This document shows positions 18,787 to 30,000 of a DNA stretch of 64,000 bases, piece by piece (position 1 is the stretch's first letter; the number at the start of each line of letters is the position of its first letter). This stretch comes from Myxococcota bacterium (lineage in GTDB: Bacteria > Myxococcota_A > UBA796 > SXON01): contig JAZKFH010000039.1 of the NCBI GenBank assembly GCA_040386535.1, positions 64,001 through 128,000 of the forward strand, read 5' to 3'. The position numbers and the translations under genes are program-made. The notes below the pieces were generated by a model. That model was given only the letters and a program-made list of their open reading frames with translations, ran no database searches and had not been told where the DNA came from.

Positions 18787-19617
18787 CTACCGGAACGTGG
18801 AGGGCGGCAGCCGTGCGAACTCGGCGGCGTCCACCCCCGCGAGGGGCAGGCGGCTGCCGAGCCCCAGGGCCCGCTTGAGCGCCGCGACGCCGCCGGCACG
18901 CTCGACCGCGGCGGCGCGGCGGACGACGGCGTCGAACAGCTCCTCGTCGCCGGGGAGCGCCTCGTGGCCCCAGGCGCGGCGGACGAGATCGGGCCACGCG
19001 TTGGCGAGGCGGGACACGCCGCCGGCAAGGCCGGGCGTGAGGGCGAGCGCGTGGAGCTCGGACGCGTTGAGCCCCTCGTCGAGCGCGGCCCACACGTGGC
19101 CCGGCCAGGCGGCCACCACGCGGCGGAGCCGGTGCAGATCCCCCGATGCGTCGAGCACGCCCGCGACCTTGGTCTCCGTGGCGAGCCGCGCGAGCAGGCG
19201 CGGCGTCAACGCGTTGCCGAAGCGCGGGTGGTGCCACGCGTACAAGGGCACGGCGAGGTGCTGGGCCACGGACCGGAACCAGTCCAGCAGGGCCTCTTCG
19301 GGGACGGCGAGGAGCAGCGGCGGGGGCAAGAGGACGCCGGCGACGCCCCGCTCGGCGGCGAGGCGGCCGAGCTTGAGCACGTAGGCGGGGGAGGGGTCCC
19401 AGATCGGGAACAGGAGCGTGGTCTCGCCGGCCACATCGGCCACGACCTCGAGGATGCGCTCCTTCTCCTTGCGGTCGACGTGGAGGAACTCGGCCCCGCC
19501 CGGCACCAGCCCGTCGACGCCCTGCGCGCAGAGCCAGAGCGTGTGCGCGCGGATCGCGCCGAGGTCCACGTGGCCGTCGGGCGCGAAGGGAAGGATGGTG
19601 TCCACCAGCAGAGGCAC
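18787..19617 (-). CDS. Degenerate dihydrodipicolinate synthase/NAL-family protein
   Basis: ILPFAPDGHVDL, GVDGLVPGGAEF, GVLLPPP, and VAGVLDASGD where the Schiff-base Lys position is Leu. Start is approximate. Confidence 0.75.
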   Translation of the reverse strand: MPLLVDTILPFAPDGHVDLGAIRAHTLWLCAQGVDGLVPGGAEFLHVDRKEKERILEVVADVAGETTLLFPIWDPSPAYVLKLGRLAAERGVAGVLLPPPLLLAVPEEALLDWFRSVAQHLAVPLYAWHHPRFGNALTPRLLARLATETKVAGVLDASGDLHRLRRVVAAWPGHVWAALDEGLNASELHALALTPGLAGGVSRLANAWPDLVRRAWGHEALPGDEELFDAVVRRAAAVERAGGVAALKRALGLGSRLPLAGVDAAEFARLPPSTFR

Positions 19618-19789
19618 GGATGAATCCACCAGGTTCGGGTGTCTCGGGGCGTATGGCCCCGTTTCGGGTGATGCTGGGGTGACGTGGAGTGAGGCTCGGC
19701 GACGCTCTGGGTCACACTTCGATTGACACGAGCCTGCGTCCCTACCATCATCCGCGTCCGTCGTCTCCTCCTCTCTGGAGTCCAATCTG

Positions 19790-20722
19790 ATGCTTTTCGG
19801 CCTCGTCGCTACGCTCCTCTCCACCGGCCTCGTCGCACCCGCTGACGCCGCCGTGGTCAAGCCCACCACCTGGACCGCGTCGTCCTCGGCGCCCGGGTCC
19901 GACGGCGTCAGCTACGACATCGCCAACGTCACGGACGCTCGCCAGTCCTCCCCCTGGGTCGAAGGGGACGAGGGGAGCGGGCTCGGCTCGTGGGTCATGG
20001 CCGACTTCGGCGGCGAGAAGACGCTCACCGGCTTCACCGTGTGGGCCGGCGTCTGGTACACGCTCGAGTACTGGAACCGGTACAACCGGCCGAAGCTCAT
20101 GGTCGTGGAGTTCTCCGACGGTACGTCGCAGGAGATCACCCTGACCGACGAGTTCAAGCCCCAGACCATCACCTTCGCCTCGCCCAAGAAGACGAGCTCC
20201 GTGAAGCTCAAGGTCAAGGGCATCTACGCGGGCAACACGTTCAACGACACCGGGGTCTCCGAGGTCGTGTTCCACGACAGCGGCGCCGCGCTCCACCTGC
20301 CGATCAAGAGCTACAAGGTCTCGTCCACCTTTCCGGCCGACGGCGACGGAAACTACGAGCCCGTCAACACCGCCGACGGCATCCTCGACTCGATGTGGTG
20401 CGAGGGCAACAAGACCGGTGACGGCCTGAACGAGTGGTTCGAGGTCGAGCTCGGCGGCAGCCAGAGCGTGTCCAAGCTGGTGCTGCGCAACGGCAACGCG
20501 TACTCGTTCGGCTACTTCATGAAGAGCAACCGGGCGACCACGGCGAGCCTGACCTTCTCCGACGGCAGCACCGAGGCCATCACGCTCAAGGACAGCATCA
20601 GCGAGCAGACGATCTCCTTCCCGGCGCACACGACCAGCAAGGTCCGGATCACCGTCACCGGCGTGAAGAAGGGATCCGAATTCAACGATCTGTGCATCTC
20701 CGAGGCGTACCTGCTGCCGTAG
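19790..20722 (+). CDS. Secreted protein with two discoidin/galactose-binding-like domains
   Basis: Signal peptide and duplicated ASS...W(V/C)EG..G.G..W...NR...FSDG...D...SEV/A domains. Confidence 0.75.
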   Translation: MLFGLVATLLSTGLVAPADAAVVKPTTWTASSSAPGSDGVSYDIANVTDARQSSPWVEGDEGSGLGSWVMADFGGEKTLTGFTVWAGVWYTLEYWNRYNRPKLMVVEFSDGTSQEITLTDEFKPQTITFASPKKTSSVKLKVKGIYAGNTFNDTGVSEVVFHDSGAALHLPIKSYKVSSTFPADGDGNYEPVNTADGILDSMWCEGNKTGDGLNEWFEVELGGSQSVSKLVLRNGNAYSFGYFMKSNRATTASLTFSDGSTEAITLKDSISEQTISFPAHTTSKVRITVTGVKKGSEFNDLCISEAYLLP

Positions 20723-20763
20723 TCCGGCTCAGGGTCTGCTACGCTTGCCGTGTTGAGGTGTCC

Positions 20764-21798
20764 GTGCGTGCTCTCCTCCCGCTTCTGCTCCTCGTCGGCT
20801 GCAGCGACAACGAATTCACGCGCGCGTCCAAGACGGACGAGTTCCAGCAGGCCCCGTCGAACCTCGTCGACATCCTCTGGGTCATCGACAACTCGGTCTC
20901 GATGATCAACGAGCAGGCGGCGGTGGCCCTCGGCGCCGAGGACTTCACCGCCAACCTCGAGAGCACGGCGATGGACTTTCACCTGGGGGTCATCACCACG
21001 GACGTCGACCGCACGAACGGCACCGCCGGTGTGCTCCTCGGCGAGCCGAAGGTGCTCTCGGTCGACACGCCGGGCTACGCCGACGCCTTCCGCACCCGCG
21101 TCCAGCAGGGCAACAGCGGCTCCGACCAGGAGAAGGGCCTCCAGGCGGCCGTCTCCGCGCTCTCGTCGCCGCTCGCGTACACCGTGAACGACGGCTTCCT
21201 GCGCGACGGTGCGATGCTCTCCATCGTCGTGCTCTCCGACGAGAACGACTGCTCGGACAACGGCGCGCTCGGCCAGGCCTCCACGGGCGAGGACTGCTAC
21301 ACCCGCGCCTCCGAGCTCACGCCCGTGACCGATCTCGTGCGCCAGCTCGTCGATCTGAAGGACGGCGATCCGGTCGTCATCTCCGGGATCGTCGGGCCCG
21401 ACATCGTCGACGACTGCGAGGCCACCGTGCCCGGCCGCCGCTACTTCACCGCCATCGAGCTCCTCGGCGGCGTGAAGGCCGACATCTGCCAGACCGACTA
21501 CTCCACCATCATGAACGCCCTGGGCGAGGTCGCCTCGGGCATCCTGACAGTGTTCCAGCTCTCGAAGTCCGCCATCGAGGAGAGCATCGAGGTCGAGATG
21601 CGTCTGAGCGAGGACGCCGAGCCCACGATCGTCCCGCCGAGCGAGATCGACGGCTGGACCTACATCGCCGAGTACGCGCAGATCGAGTTCCACGGCACCG
21701 CCATCCCGCCGCGCGGCGCCCTGCTCGAGGTCAGCTACGACGTGGCGGGGCAGGTCGAAGAGCAGACCGAAGAAGCGACGGACTCGGGCAACCCGTAG
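20764..21798 (+). CDS. VWA-like lipoprotein
   Basis: Lipobox LVGC, VDILWVIDNSVSM (MIDAS DxSxS), EKGL, VLSDEND. Confidence 0.8.
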   Translation: MRALLPLLLLVGCSDNEFTRASKTDEFQQAPSNLVDILWVIDNSVSMINEQAAVALGAEDFTANLESTAMDFHLGVITTDVDRTNGTAGVLLGEPKVLSVDTPGYADAFRTRVQQGNSGSDQEKGLQAAVSALSSPLAYTVNDGFLRDGAMLSIVVLSDENDCSDNGALGQASTGEDCYTRASELTPVTDLVRQLVDLKDGDPVVISGIVGPDIVDDCEATVPGRRYFTAIELLGGVKADICQTDYSTIMNALGEVASGILTVFQLSKSAIEESIEVEMRLSEDAEPTIVPPSEIDGWTYIAEYAQIEFHGTAIPPRGALLEVSYDVAGQVEEQTEEATDSGNP

Positions 21799-21887
21799 GC
21801 CGTTCGGGGAGATGTGGACGGGGTCCGCCGCGTAGTTCTGCACGCCGACGCGTGCGGGCCGACAGGCCACCCGCTACGCTGTGAGGG

Positions 21888-22646
21888 ATGTCGGATACCC
21901 GCGATCGCCCCGAGACGCGCATCGTGCAAGACCGGTTCGAGGACTGCATCTACCGGCCCGGCCAGGTCGCGCGGTGCCCCGCTCGCGTCCCGACGGTTCC
22001 GCTCTCGCCCGAGCAGCTCGACCTGCTCCTGGAGGAGGGGGACCAGCGGGTCGGCGGCACCGTGTTCCGCACGGAGTGCCCGTTCTGCTCGGCCTGCGAG
22101 CCCGTGCGCATCGACATCCCCGCGTTCACGCCGTCGCGTGCCCAGCGCCGCGTGATGCGGCGCAACGAGGATCTGACGGTCGAGCTCGGGCCCCCGACGT
22201 TGTCGCGCCGCCGGGTGTCGCTCTGGAACCGGCACCGGCGCGCCCGGGGCCTGTTGACCGAACACTCCCGCAAGGACCCGATCGGCTACCAGGAGTGGCT
22301 GGTGGAGTCGTGCGCCCCGACCACCGAGGTGCGCTACTCGCTCGACGGGCGGCTCGTGGCGGTGAGCCTGCTCGATCTCGGGCTGACCTCCGCCAACAGC
22401 GCCTACCACTTCTTCGATCCGTCGCACGCCGCGCGCTCGCTCGGCGTGTACTCGGTGCTCCACGAGATCGAGGTGTGCCGCGCGCGCGGGATGCGCTGGT
22501 ACTACCTGGGCCTCTGGGTCGAGGATTGCGCGGCGCTGCGGTACAAGTCGGGGTACCATCCCCACGAGCGGTTCGTGCGGGGTCGGTGGGTGCCCGCGCC
22601 GCGGCCCATCGAGCCCACCGAGCCCACCCAGCCCCCCGAGCCGTAG
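21888..22646 (+). CDS. bpt: Arginyl/leucyl-tRNA-protein transferase (Ate/Bpt family, N-degron pathway)
   Basis: CIYRP, FRTECPFCSACEPVRI, SRAQRR, YHFFDP, RSLGVYSVL, YYLGLWV..C..LRYK. Confidence 0.85.
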   Translation: MSDTRDRPETRIVQDRFEDCIYRPGQVARCPARVPTVPLSPEQLDLLLEEGDQRVGGTVFRTECPFCSACEPVRIDIPAFTPSRAQRRVMRRNEDLTVELGPPTLSRRRVSLWNRHRRARGLLTEHSRKDPIGYQEWLVESCAPTTEVRYSLDGRLVAVSLLDLGLTSANSAYHFFDPSHAARSLGVYSVLHEIEVCRARGMRWYYLGLWVEDCAALRYKSGYHPHERFVRGRWVPAPRPIEPTEPTQPPEP

Positions 22647-22690
22647 TCTCCGACGAAGCGGGCCCGGGCCGGCCCCCGCGAAGAGGTTGC

Positions 22691-23704
22691 ATGTCCCGCG
22701 TCGTTCTCCCCGTCGTCGCCTCGCTCCTCCTCGCCGCGTGCACCGACAAGGACGTGGATACGGGCGACACGCCCGCCGAGGCGTGGACCCTCGTCGCGGT
22801 CGATCAGCCCGCCGCCTTCTTGAGCGTGACCGGCACCGCGGCGGACGACGTGTGGGTGGTGGGCGCCGACGCCGGCGAGGGCCCGGCGGCGTTGCATTAC
22901 GACGGCGCGGGGTGGAACGTCCTCGACACCGGCACTCAGGGCGACCTGTGGTGGGTGGCGACGACCGGCGCGACCTCGGACACGGTGTGGATGGCGGGGG
23001 CGGACGGGCGCGTGCTCCAGTACAGCCGCGCCACGGGCCAGGCGACCGAGCACGTGCTCGACCCCGCCATCACCGTGTTCGGGCTGTGGCCCGCCGCGGA
23101 GGACGACGTGTGGGCGGTCGGAGGCAACGTCGACACGGCGTCGGACGCCGGCCAGGTGTGGCACTGGGACGGCGCCACGTGGGCGCTCGCCACGATCCCG
23201 GCCGAGGCGTCCGCGGCCTTCGCGTTCTACAAGGTGTGGGGCCGCTCCTCGACGGATGTGTACGTGGTCGGCACGGGCGGCGTGGGCGTGCACTGGGACG
23301 GCGCGGCGTGGGCCTCGTTCGCGACGGGGACCACCCGGAACCTGTTCACCGTACACGGCACGGATGTCGCGGTCTGGGCGGTGGGCGGCTTCGGGAGCGG
23401 CACGGTGGTGACTGGGGCCGGCGGCGCCTGGGTTGACGAGACCCCCGCGCTCGCGCCGCAGCTCAACGGCGTGAACGCGAGCGGGCCGGTGCCGGTGGCG
23501 GTCGGCACCCAGGGCTCCGTGTATACGCGCGGTGCCGACGGTTGGGCCGCCGATCCGCGCGGCGCGGTCACGGCATACGACTTGCACGCCGTGTGGGGAG
23601 ATCCGGACGGCGGCCTCTGGACCGTCGGGGGGAAACTCTCCTCCTTCCCGCTCGATCACGGCGTCCTGGCGTATGGTGGCGCTGCCGAACTCCCCGCTCT
23701 CTGA
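22691..23704 (+). CDS. Beta-propeller lipoprotein (xxWG...DVWAVG repeats)
   Basis: Lipobox LAAC and repeated DDVWxVG...HWDGxxW units. Confidence 0.8.
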   Translation: MSRVVLPVVASLLLAACTDKDVDTGDTPAEAWTLVAVDQPAAFLSVTGTAADDVWVVGADAGEGPAALHYDGAGWNVLDTGTQGDLWWVATTGATSDTVWMAGADGRVLQYSRATGQATEHVLDPAITVFGLWPAAEDDVWAVGGNVDTASDAGQVWHWDGATWALATIPAEASAAFAFYKVWGRSSTDVYVVGTGGVGVHWDGAAWASFATGTTRNLFTVHGTDVAVWAVGGFGSGTVVTGAGGAWVDETPALAPQLNGVNASGPVPVAVGTQGSVYTRGADGWAADPRGAVTAYDLHAVWGDPDGGLWTVGGKLSSFPLDHGVLAYGGAAELPAL

Positions 23705-23715
23705 GAGGCCCCCCG

Positions 23716-24861
23716 ATGACGCTCCTCTTCCTCCTCGCCGCCTGCTCCGGCCCCGCCGACGACACGGGTGAGGTGACCCCCTGTGACGACGCCGTCGGCA
23801 ACATCTGCACCTGGGCGGGCAACGGTGACATCGGGTACGACGGCGGCGGCAACGACCGCCTCGCGTCGATGTTCTACTGGCCGATGGACGTCGAGTTCTC
23901 CCCCTACGGGAACCCCGTCATCGTCGACTGGAACAACCACAAGCTGCGGCTGGTGGAGGACGACGAGACGATCACCACGATCGTCGGCACCGACTTCATC
24001 GGGGACGGCCCGGACGACTTCTCCGATCTCGAGCTGCCGGGCGCCCCGGGGACCACCGTCCACCTGAACCACCCCACCGACGTGATCTACCTGCCCGACG
24101 GCACGCTACTGAACGCGTCGTGGCACACCCACAAGCTCCGCACGTGGGACCCGGCGACCGGCAACGTGCACGTGCACTGCGGGCTCACTCCCGGCTTCGT
24201 GGGCGAGAACTATTCGCCCGCGGCGGACGCGCGCTTCTCCATGCCGAAGGCGGTCGATCTCGACGCCGCCGGCAACGTCTACATCGTCGACATGAAGAAC
24301 CAACGCATCCGCGTGCTCACGCCCGAGTTCACGATCGCGACGGTCGCGGGCAACGGCACCAAGGGCTTCGCGGGGGACGGCGCGGCCGCGGCGGACGCGA
24401 ACTTCTCGTTCCCCACGGGCGCGCAACCCGAGCCGGGCGGCGCCATCGCGCTCGGCCCCGACGGCAACTTGTACGTGGCCGACACCGAGAACCACCGCAT
24501 CCGCAAGATCGACCTCGCCAGCGGGCTCGTCTCCACCATCGCGGGCAACGGCACGGCGGGCTTCGGGGGCGACGGCGGCCCCGCGGTCGACGCGATGCTC
24601 CAGCTCCCGCGTGACCTCGAGTTCGACACCGACGGCTCGTTGTGGGTGGCCGACACCGACAACCACGTGATCCGCCGCATCGATCTGACCGCCGGCACCA
24701 TCGACACCGTCGTCGGCACCGGCGTGAAGGGCTTCTCGGGAGACGGCGGGCCCGCGCTCGACGCCACGCTCGACCGCCCCTTCGGCATCGAGTTCGGCAA
24801 CGACGGCCACGTCTACGTCACCGACACCTACAACCACCGCGTCCGCGTCGTGTACCGGTAG
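23716..24861 (+). CDS. NHL-repeat lipoprotein 1
   Basis: Lipobox LAAC and repeated AGNG..GF.GDGG.A...LYVADT.NHRIR. Confidence 0.88.
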   Translation: MTLLFLLAACSGPADDTGEVTPCDDAVGNICTWAGNGDIGYDGGGNDRLASMFYWPMDVEFSPYGNPVIVDWNNHKLRLVEDDETITTIVGTDFIGDGPDDFSDLELPGAPGTTVHLNHPTDVIYLPDGTLLNASWHTHKLRTWDPATGNVHVHCGLTPGFVGENYSPAADARFSMPKAVDLDAAGNVYIVDMKNQRIRVLTPEFTIATVAGNGTKGFAGDGAAAADANFSFPTGAQPEPGGAIALGPDGNLYVADTENHRIRKIDLASGLVSTIAGNGTAGFGGDGGPAVDAMLQLPRDLEFDTDGSLWVADTDNHVIRRIDLTAGTIDTVVGTGVKGFSGDGGPALDATLDRPFGIEFGNDGHVYVTDTYNHRVRVVYR

Positions 24862-24869
24862 GAGTGAAC

Positions 24870-25982
24870 ATGCTGCTCTCCCTGCTCCTTCTGGCCTGCA
24901 CCGGCCCCTCCGACGACACCGGCGGCTGCTCCGAGGCCCCCGGCACCATCTGCACCTGGGCGGGCACCGGCATCGCCGGGCTCACCGCGGACGGCGCCCC
25001 GCTGCTCGAGACCAACCTCTACCTTCCCATCGATCTCACGTGGGGCCCCGACGGCAACGCGTACCTCCTCGACTGGAACAACCACCGCATCCGCCAGGTC
25101 ACGCCCGCCGGCGAGCTCACGACGGTGGCGGGCACGGGCGAGCTCGGGGACGGCCCCGTGGGCCCCGCGACCGAGGCGCGGTTCAACCACCCCAGCAACA
25201 TCGCGTTCGACTCGCAGGGGCGGATGGTCGTGGCGGCGTGGCACAACAGCCGCGTCATGCGTGTCGACCTGACGACCGGGATGCTCGAGTTCGTCGCGGG
25301 GGACGGCACGCGCAGCTTCGCGGGGGACGGGGGCGATCCCACGGTCGCCAAGCTCGACCTCCCGTCGGGTGTCGTGCTCGACAGCGCCGACCAGATCTAC
25401 ATCTCTGACCAGGCGAATCAGCGCATCCGCTGCATCGACACCACCGGCGTGATCGACACGATGGCGGGCAACGGGACCCCCGGGTACGGGGGCGACGGTG
25501 GGCCGGCCACGGACGCCTCGGTGCACGCCTCGGTCGGCCAGGCGGCCGCCCCGGCCAACCGGATGGCGCTCTCGCCCGACGGCGCGCGGCTCTACTTCGC
25601 GGACACGGGCAACCACGTGATCCGCTACGTCGACCTCGCGGCCGGTACGATGAACGCCTACGCGGGCACGGGCGCTGCGGGGTACTCGGGTGACGGCGGC
25701 GCGGCGACCTCGGCGGCCTTCTACGGCCCGACCGACATCGGCTTCGGCCCCGACGGCAGCCTGTACGTGGCGGACACGTCCAACTCCTGCGTGCGCGCCA
25801 TCGGTGCCGACGGCATCGTGTCCACGGTCGTCGGGAACTGCGGGCAGATGGGCTACGAGGGAGACGGTGGCGCGCCCGCCGACGCGCTCCTGAACCAGCC
25901 GTACGGCATCGATTTCGACGCGGACGGCAACCTCTACGTGGCCGACACCTACAACCAGGTCGTGCGTGTCGTGTACCGGTAG
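24870..25982 (+). CDS. NHL-repeat lipoprotein 2
   Basis: Lipobox LLAC, GGAG RBS, same NHL repeats. Paralogue of the preceding gene. Confidence 0.88.
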   Translation: MLLSLLLLACTGPSDDTGGCSEAPGTICTWAGTGIAGLTADGAPLLETNLYLPIDLTWGPDGNAYLLDWNNHRIRQVTPAGELTTVAGTGELGDGPVGPATEARFNHPSNIAFDSQGRMVVAAWHNSRVMRVDLTTGMLEFVAGDGTRSFAGDGGDPTVAKLDLPSGVVLDSADQIYISDQANQRIRCIDTTGVIDTMAGNGTPGYGGDGGPATDASVHASVGQAAAPANRMALSPDGARLYFADTGNHVIRYVDLAAGTMNAYAGTGAAGYSGDGGAATSAAFYGPTDIGFGPDGSLYVADTSNSCVRAIGADGIVSTVVGNCGQMGYEGDGGAPADALLNQPYGIDFDADGNLYVADTYNQVVRVVYR

Positions 25983-26004
25983 ACTCGCGACGGGGCGCGT
26001 CGGG

Positions 26005-27075
26005 GTGTTCGCCCTGGTGGTCCTCGCGGCGTGCACCGGCGACACGCCGGTCGATCCGGCGTGCCCCGACGTCCCTGGCACCGTCTGCCGCGTCGTCGGC
26101 ACCGGCGCCCTCGGCTTCAACGGCGAGGGGCTGCCCGCGCTGGAGAGCTGGCTCTACTTCCCCTCGGCCGTGCGCGAGCACCCCGACGGGCGGCTGGTCA
26201 TCGTCGACTTCAACAACATGCGCGTGCGTGCCGTCGATCCCGACGGATCGGTCGTCACGATCGTCGGCACCGGCGAGCACGCATGGTCCACGCCGGGCTC
26301 GGCCCCGCTCGAGACCGCGCTGGAGAACCCGATCGACGCGGTCTTCGGGCCGGACGGCTCGCTCTACGTCCTGCCGCTGCACGAGGCGCGCGTCCTGCAT
26401 GTCGACCCGGACGGCGCGGTGCGGCCGTGCGCGGGGAGCGGCGAGATCGGCTACGACGGCGACGGCGGCGACGCGACCACGGCGAAGATCTCCGAGGCAT
26501 CGGGGCTCGCGGTGGGGGACGACGGCGCGGTCTACATCGCGGACACCCAGAACAACGCCATCCGCGTGATGGTGGATGGCCGGATGGACACGCTCGCCGG
26601 CGCCCCGGCGTCCGGCTTCGTGGACGGGACGGGCGCCGACGCACGCTTCGCCGGGCCGCAACGCCTCGCGATCGACGGGCGCGTGCTCTACGTGGCCGAC
26701 GCGAACAATCACGCCGTGCGGGCCGTGAACGTCGACACGGGCGCGGTCACGACGATCGCGGGCACCGGGGCGCGCGGCTACACGGGCGACGGCGGCCCCG
26801 CGATCGACGCGCAGCTGATGTACCCCTATGGCGTGAGCGTCGGGAGTGGCGGCGCGCTCTACATCGCGGACAGCGGCAACAACGTCGTGCGCCGCGTGGT
26901 GGGCGGCACGATCGAGACCGTGGCCGGCACCGGCGAGGAGGGGCTCACCGGCGACGACGGCCCCGCCGTGGACGCGACCTTCGCGTTCCCGGTCCACACG
27001 CTGGTCTCGGGAGGGGACCTCTACGTCGCCGACATGAAGAACGGCGTGGTGCGGGTCGTGCGCGGGATTGAGTAG
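26005..27075 (+). CDS. NHL-repeat lipoprotein 3
   Basis: Lipobox LAAC and NHL repeats. Start is approximate. Confidence 0.85.
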   Translation: MFALVVLAACTGDTPVDPACPDVPGTVCRVVGTGALGFNGEGLPALESWLYFPSAVREHPDGRLVIVDFNNMRVRAVDPDGSVVTIVGTGEHAWSTPGSAPLETALENPIDAVFGPDGSLYVLPLHEARVLHVDPDGAVRPCAGSGEIGYDGDGGDATTAKISEASGLAVGDDGAVYIADTQNNAIRVMVDGRMDTLAGAPASGFVDGTGADARFAGPQRLAIDGRVLYVADANNHAVRAVNVDTGAVTTIAGTGARGYTGDGGPAIDAQLMYPYGVSVGSGGALYIADSGNNVVRRVVGGTIETVAGTGEEGLTGDDGPAVDATFAFPVHTLVSGGDLYVADMKNGVVRVVRGIE

Positions 27076-27098
27076 CTCCGACGGTCGAAGGGGGGCCG

Positions 27099-30000
27099 CT
27101 ACCCGATCACGATCTCGACCCGGCTCCGCCCCGGCGACACCTTCCTTACCGACACCCAGGTCCCCAGCCGCTCCGCCAGCCCCCCGACGTGGGAGATCAC
27201 CCCGACGGTGCGGCCCTCGGCGCGTAGCCCTTCGAGCGTCGAGAGCGCCACGTCGAGCGTCTCGGTGTCGAGCGTGCCGAAGCCTTCGTCGATGAAGATC
27301 GACTCGACGCGGGTGCGCGTTGCGGCGAGCTCGGCGAGGCCGAGCGCGAGCGCCAGGGAGACGAGGAACGTCTCGCCGCCCGAGAGGCTGGTGAGCGGGC
27401 GAACCTGCTCGGCCATGTGCAGATCGACGACCTGGAGCTCCATCTCGACGTTCGGGACCCGCTGGAGCTGGTAGCGCGGGTTGAGCGAGGCGAGCTGGAC
27501 GTTTGCCTGCTCGAGCAGTCGGTCGAGCGTGAGCGACTGGGCGAACTGGCGGAACACGTTGCCGCTGGCCGAGCCGATGAGCTTGTTGATCACCTTCCAG
27601 CGGTCGGTGACGGCGCGCTGGGCCTCGACGGCGGGGAGGAGGGTGGCGGAGCGCGCACGGCGGTCGTCGTCCTGGAGGAGGGCGGCGCGTGCGGCCGTCC
27701 ACGCGTCGTCCGCGGCCCGTTGGGTCGCCTCGGCGGCGGGGAGGGCGGCGAGCACCGTGGGGCGATCCTCGGCGGGCGGGTCGGTCGCGGCGTGGGCGTC
27801 GGCGGCGCGGGTGCGCTCGGCGGCGCGGGTGACGGCCTCGGCGACAGCACGATCGGCGGCGGACAGGCGCGCGCGCAGGTCCTCCCGCCACCGGCGGTCC
27901 CGGGCGAGGCGTGCGCGGAGGGTGGGCTCGTCGAGGTCCAGCTCGGCGCAGGCGCGGGCGACCGCGGCGCGGGTGTCGGCGAGCTCCGCGTCGCGACGGG
28001 CCGCCTCGGCGCGGGCCGCGGTGGCGACCGCGCGGGTCTCCGTCGCGACGGCGGCGAGGCGCTCGGCGCGGGTGCGGGCCTCGTCGGCGGCCGTGCGTGC
28101 GGCGGCGCCGGTGGCCACGAGCGCGGCCTCGACCGCGTCCGCGGGGGCGCCGTCGAGCAACGCGGCGCGGAGGCGCTCGACGTCGGCCTTCGCCGTGAGC
28201 GCCATGGCGGCGACTTCGGCGGCGCGCGCGGCCGCCTCGGCCTGCCCCGCGGACGTGGCGGCGGCGGTGGCGCGCTGGACCGCGAGGGCTGCCCGCTTCG
28301 TGGTCGCGTCCTCGCGATCGGCGCGCTTGTCGTGCCAGTCGGCGACCTCCTTCGCGCACGCGTCGCGAAACGCCGCGGGGTCGCTCGTGGCGGCGGCGCG
28401 CCACTTGTCACTGGTAGGGAACGCCGCAGCGGCGGCATCGAGCGCGCTCTTGGCGCGGCCGTGAGCCTCGTCGCGGACGCGGACGTTCTCGGCCACGGCG
28501 CGCTCGGCCTCTTCGCGCACCCTCATCGCGACGTCGGCGCGGGCGACAGCATCGGCGGCGCGCGTGGCGCACGCACGGGCGGCATTCAGGGCGTCCACCT
28601 CGGCCTTGCCGAGCCGCGCGGCCTCGCGCTCCTCGGCGGTGAGGCGGACGAGGTGCGCCTGCACGTCCGCGAGCGCCGCGGCGAGCCCCGTCGTGAGCGC
28701 CGCCGCGAGCGCCCCGGCGCCGTCCTCCTCGGGGAGGGCCTCGGGGGCCGGGGTGACCCGCGCCGCCGTCCAGGCCTGCGCCAGCGCGGCGCGCTGCTTG
28801 TCCTTGTCGGCCACCCGCGCGCGGCCCCGGGCGGCTTCGAGCGTGTCGGCGGCGGCCTTCGCGCCGGCCGCGGACTCGACGGCGCCCAGGCGCGCCACCT
28901 CGGCGTCGAGCGCGGCGACGCGGCCCGACGTGTCGTCCACGAGCCCTGCCAGCGGCGAGCCGTCGGCCCAGGGGTGGTCGGGGGCGCCACAGAGGGGGCA
29001 CGGCACGCCGTCGACCAGGGCGGCGCGGTGCCCGGTCAGGTCGAGCGCGGCCTGGGCCCGACGGAGGCCGTCCCGCGCCTCCGCGAGCCGCGCGCCCTGC
29101 TCCGCCCGCGCGAGCGCCGCGCGGCTCCGCGCCGCCTCCGCTTCGACGGCCGCTGCCGATGCGGCCTCGACCGCAGCGAGCTCCACGGCGCGCTCCTGCC
29201 CGAGGCGCGACCAGGTGGCGAGCAGATCCGCGCAGCGGACGAGCCCGTCGCGATGGGCCTCGTGGCGGGTGCGTCGGAGCGGGAAGTCCTCACCCTGGTT
29301 CGTGGCGTCGAGGCGGGCCACCTCTTCGCGCGCGGCTTCGGCCTTCTTCGCCGCGGCGTCCGCCTCCAGCCGCGACGTGTCGCGCGCCGTGATCGCCTGG
29401 GTGTGGGCGGTGGCCGCCTGTTCGGCGGCCGCGTGGAGCACCGCCGACGCCGCAACGGCGCGCTCGCGGCGGGGCGCCTCCGCGGCGAGCACGCTCAGGT
29501 GCACCTGGAGCTGGCCCCACTCCGCCGCGACGGTCGCGGTGGCGGCGTGGCGGGTGAGCCACTGGTCGAGCGCGGTGAGGCGCTCGTCCGCGGCCGCGAG
29601 CTCCCCATCCCGCGCGCGCAACGCGTCGGCCGCGTTCCGCGCGAGGTCGGCGGCCCCCTTCGCGTCGAGCGCGGCGGCCTCGGCCCGGCGGCGCGCCTCG
29701 ACCACCCGCACGTCGGCGGCGCGGGCCTCCTGGAGGGCGGGCCCCTTCGCGATCCGCGCGGCCTCCGCCTCCGCGACGGCGAGGGCCGCCTTCTCCGAGC
29801 GGCCGCGGGCCTCTTCCGCGTCCTTCGCGGCGAGAACGGCGGCGGTCTCGCCCGACTCCACGGCGCTCGTCGCGACGAACGCGCGCCCGATCGCGACGTC
29901 CAGCGCCTCGACCGCGCCCCGCGCCGGCTCCGCAGCCTCCGCCCCGGCGAGCTCCTCGCGCGCGTCCGCCAAGGCCTCCCGCGCGTCCTCGGCGCCCTTC

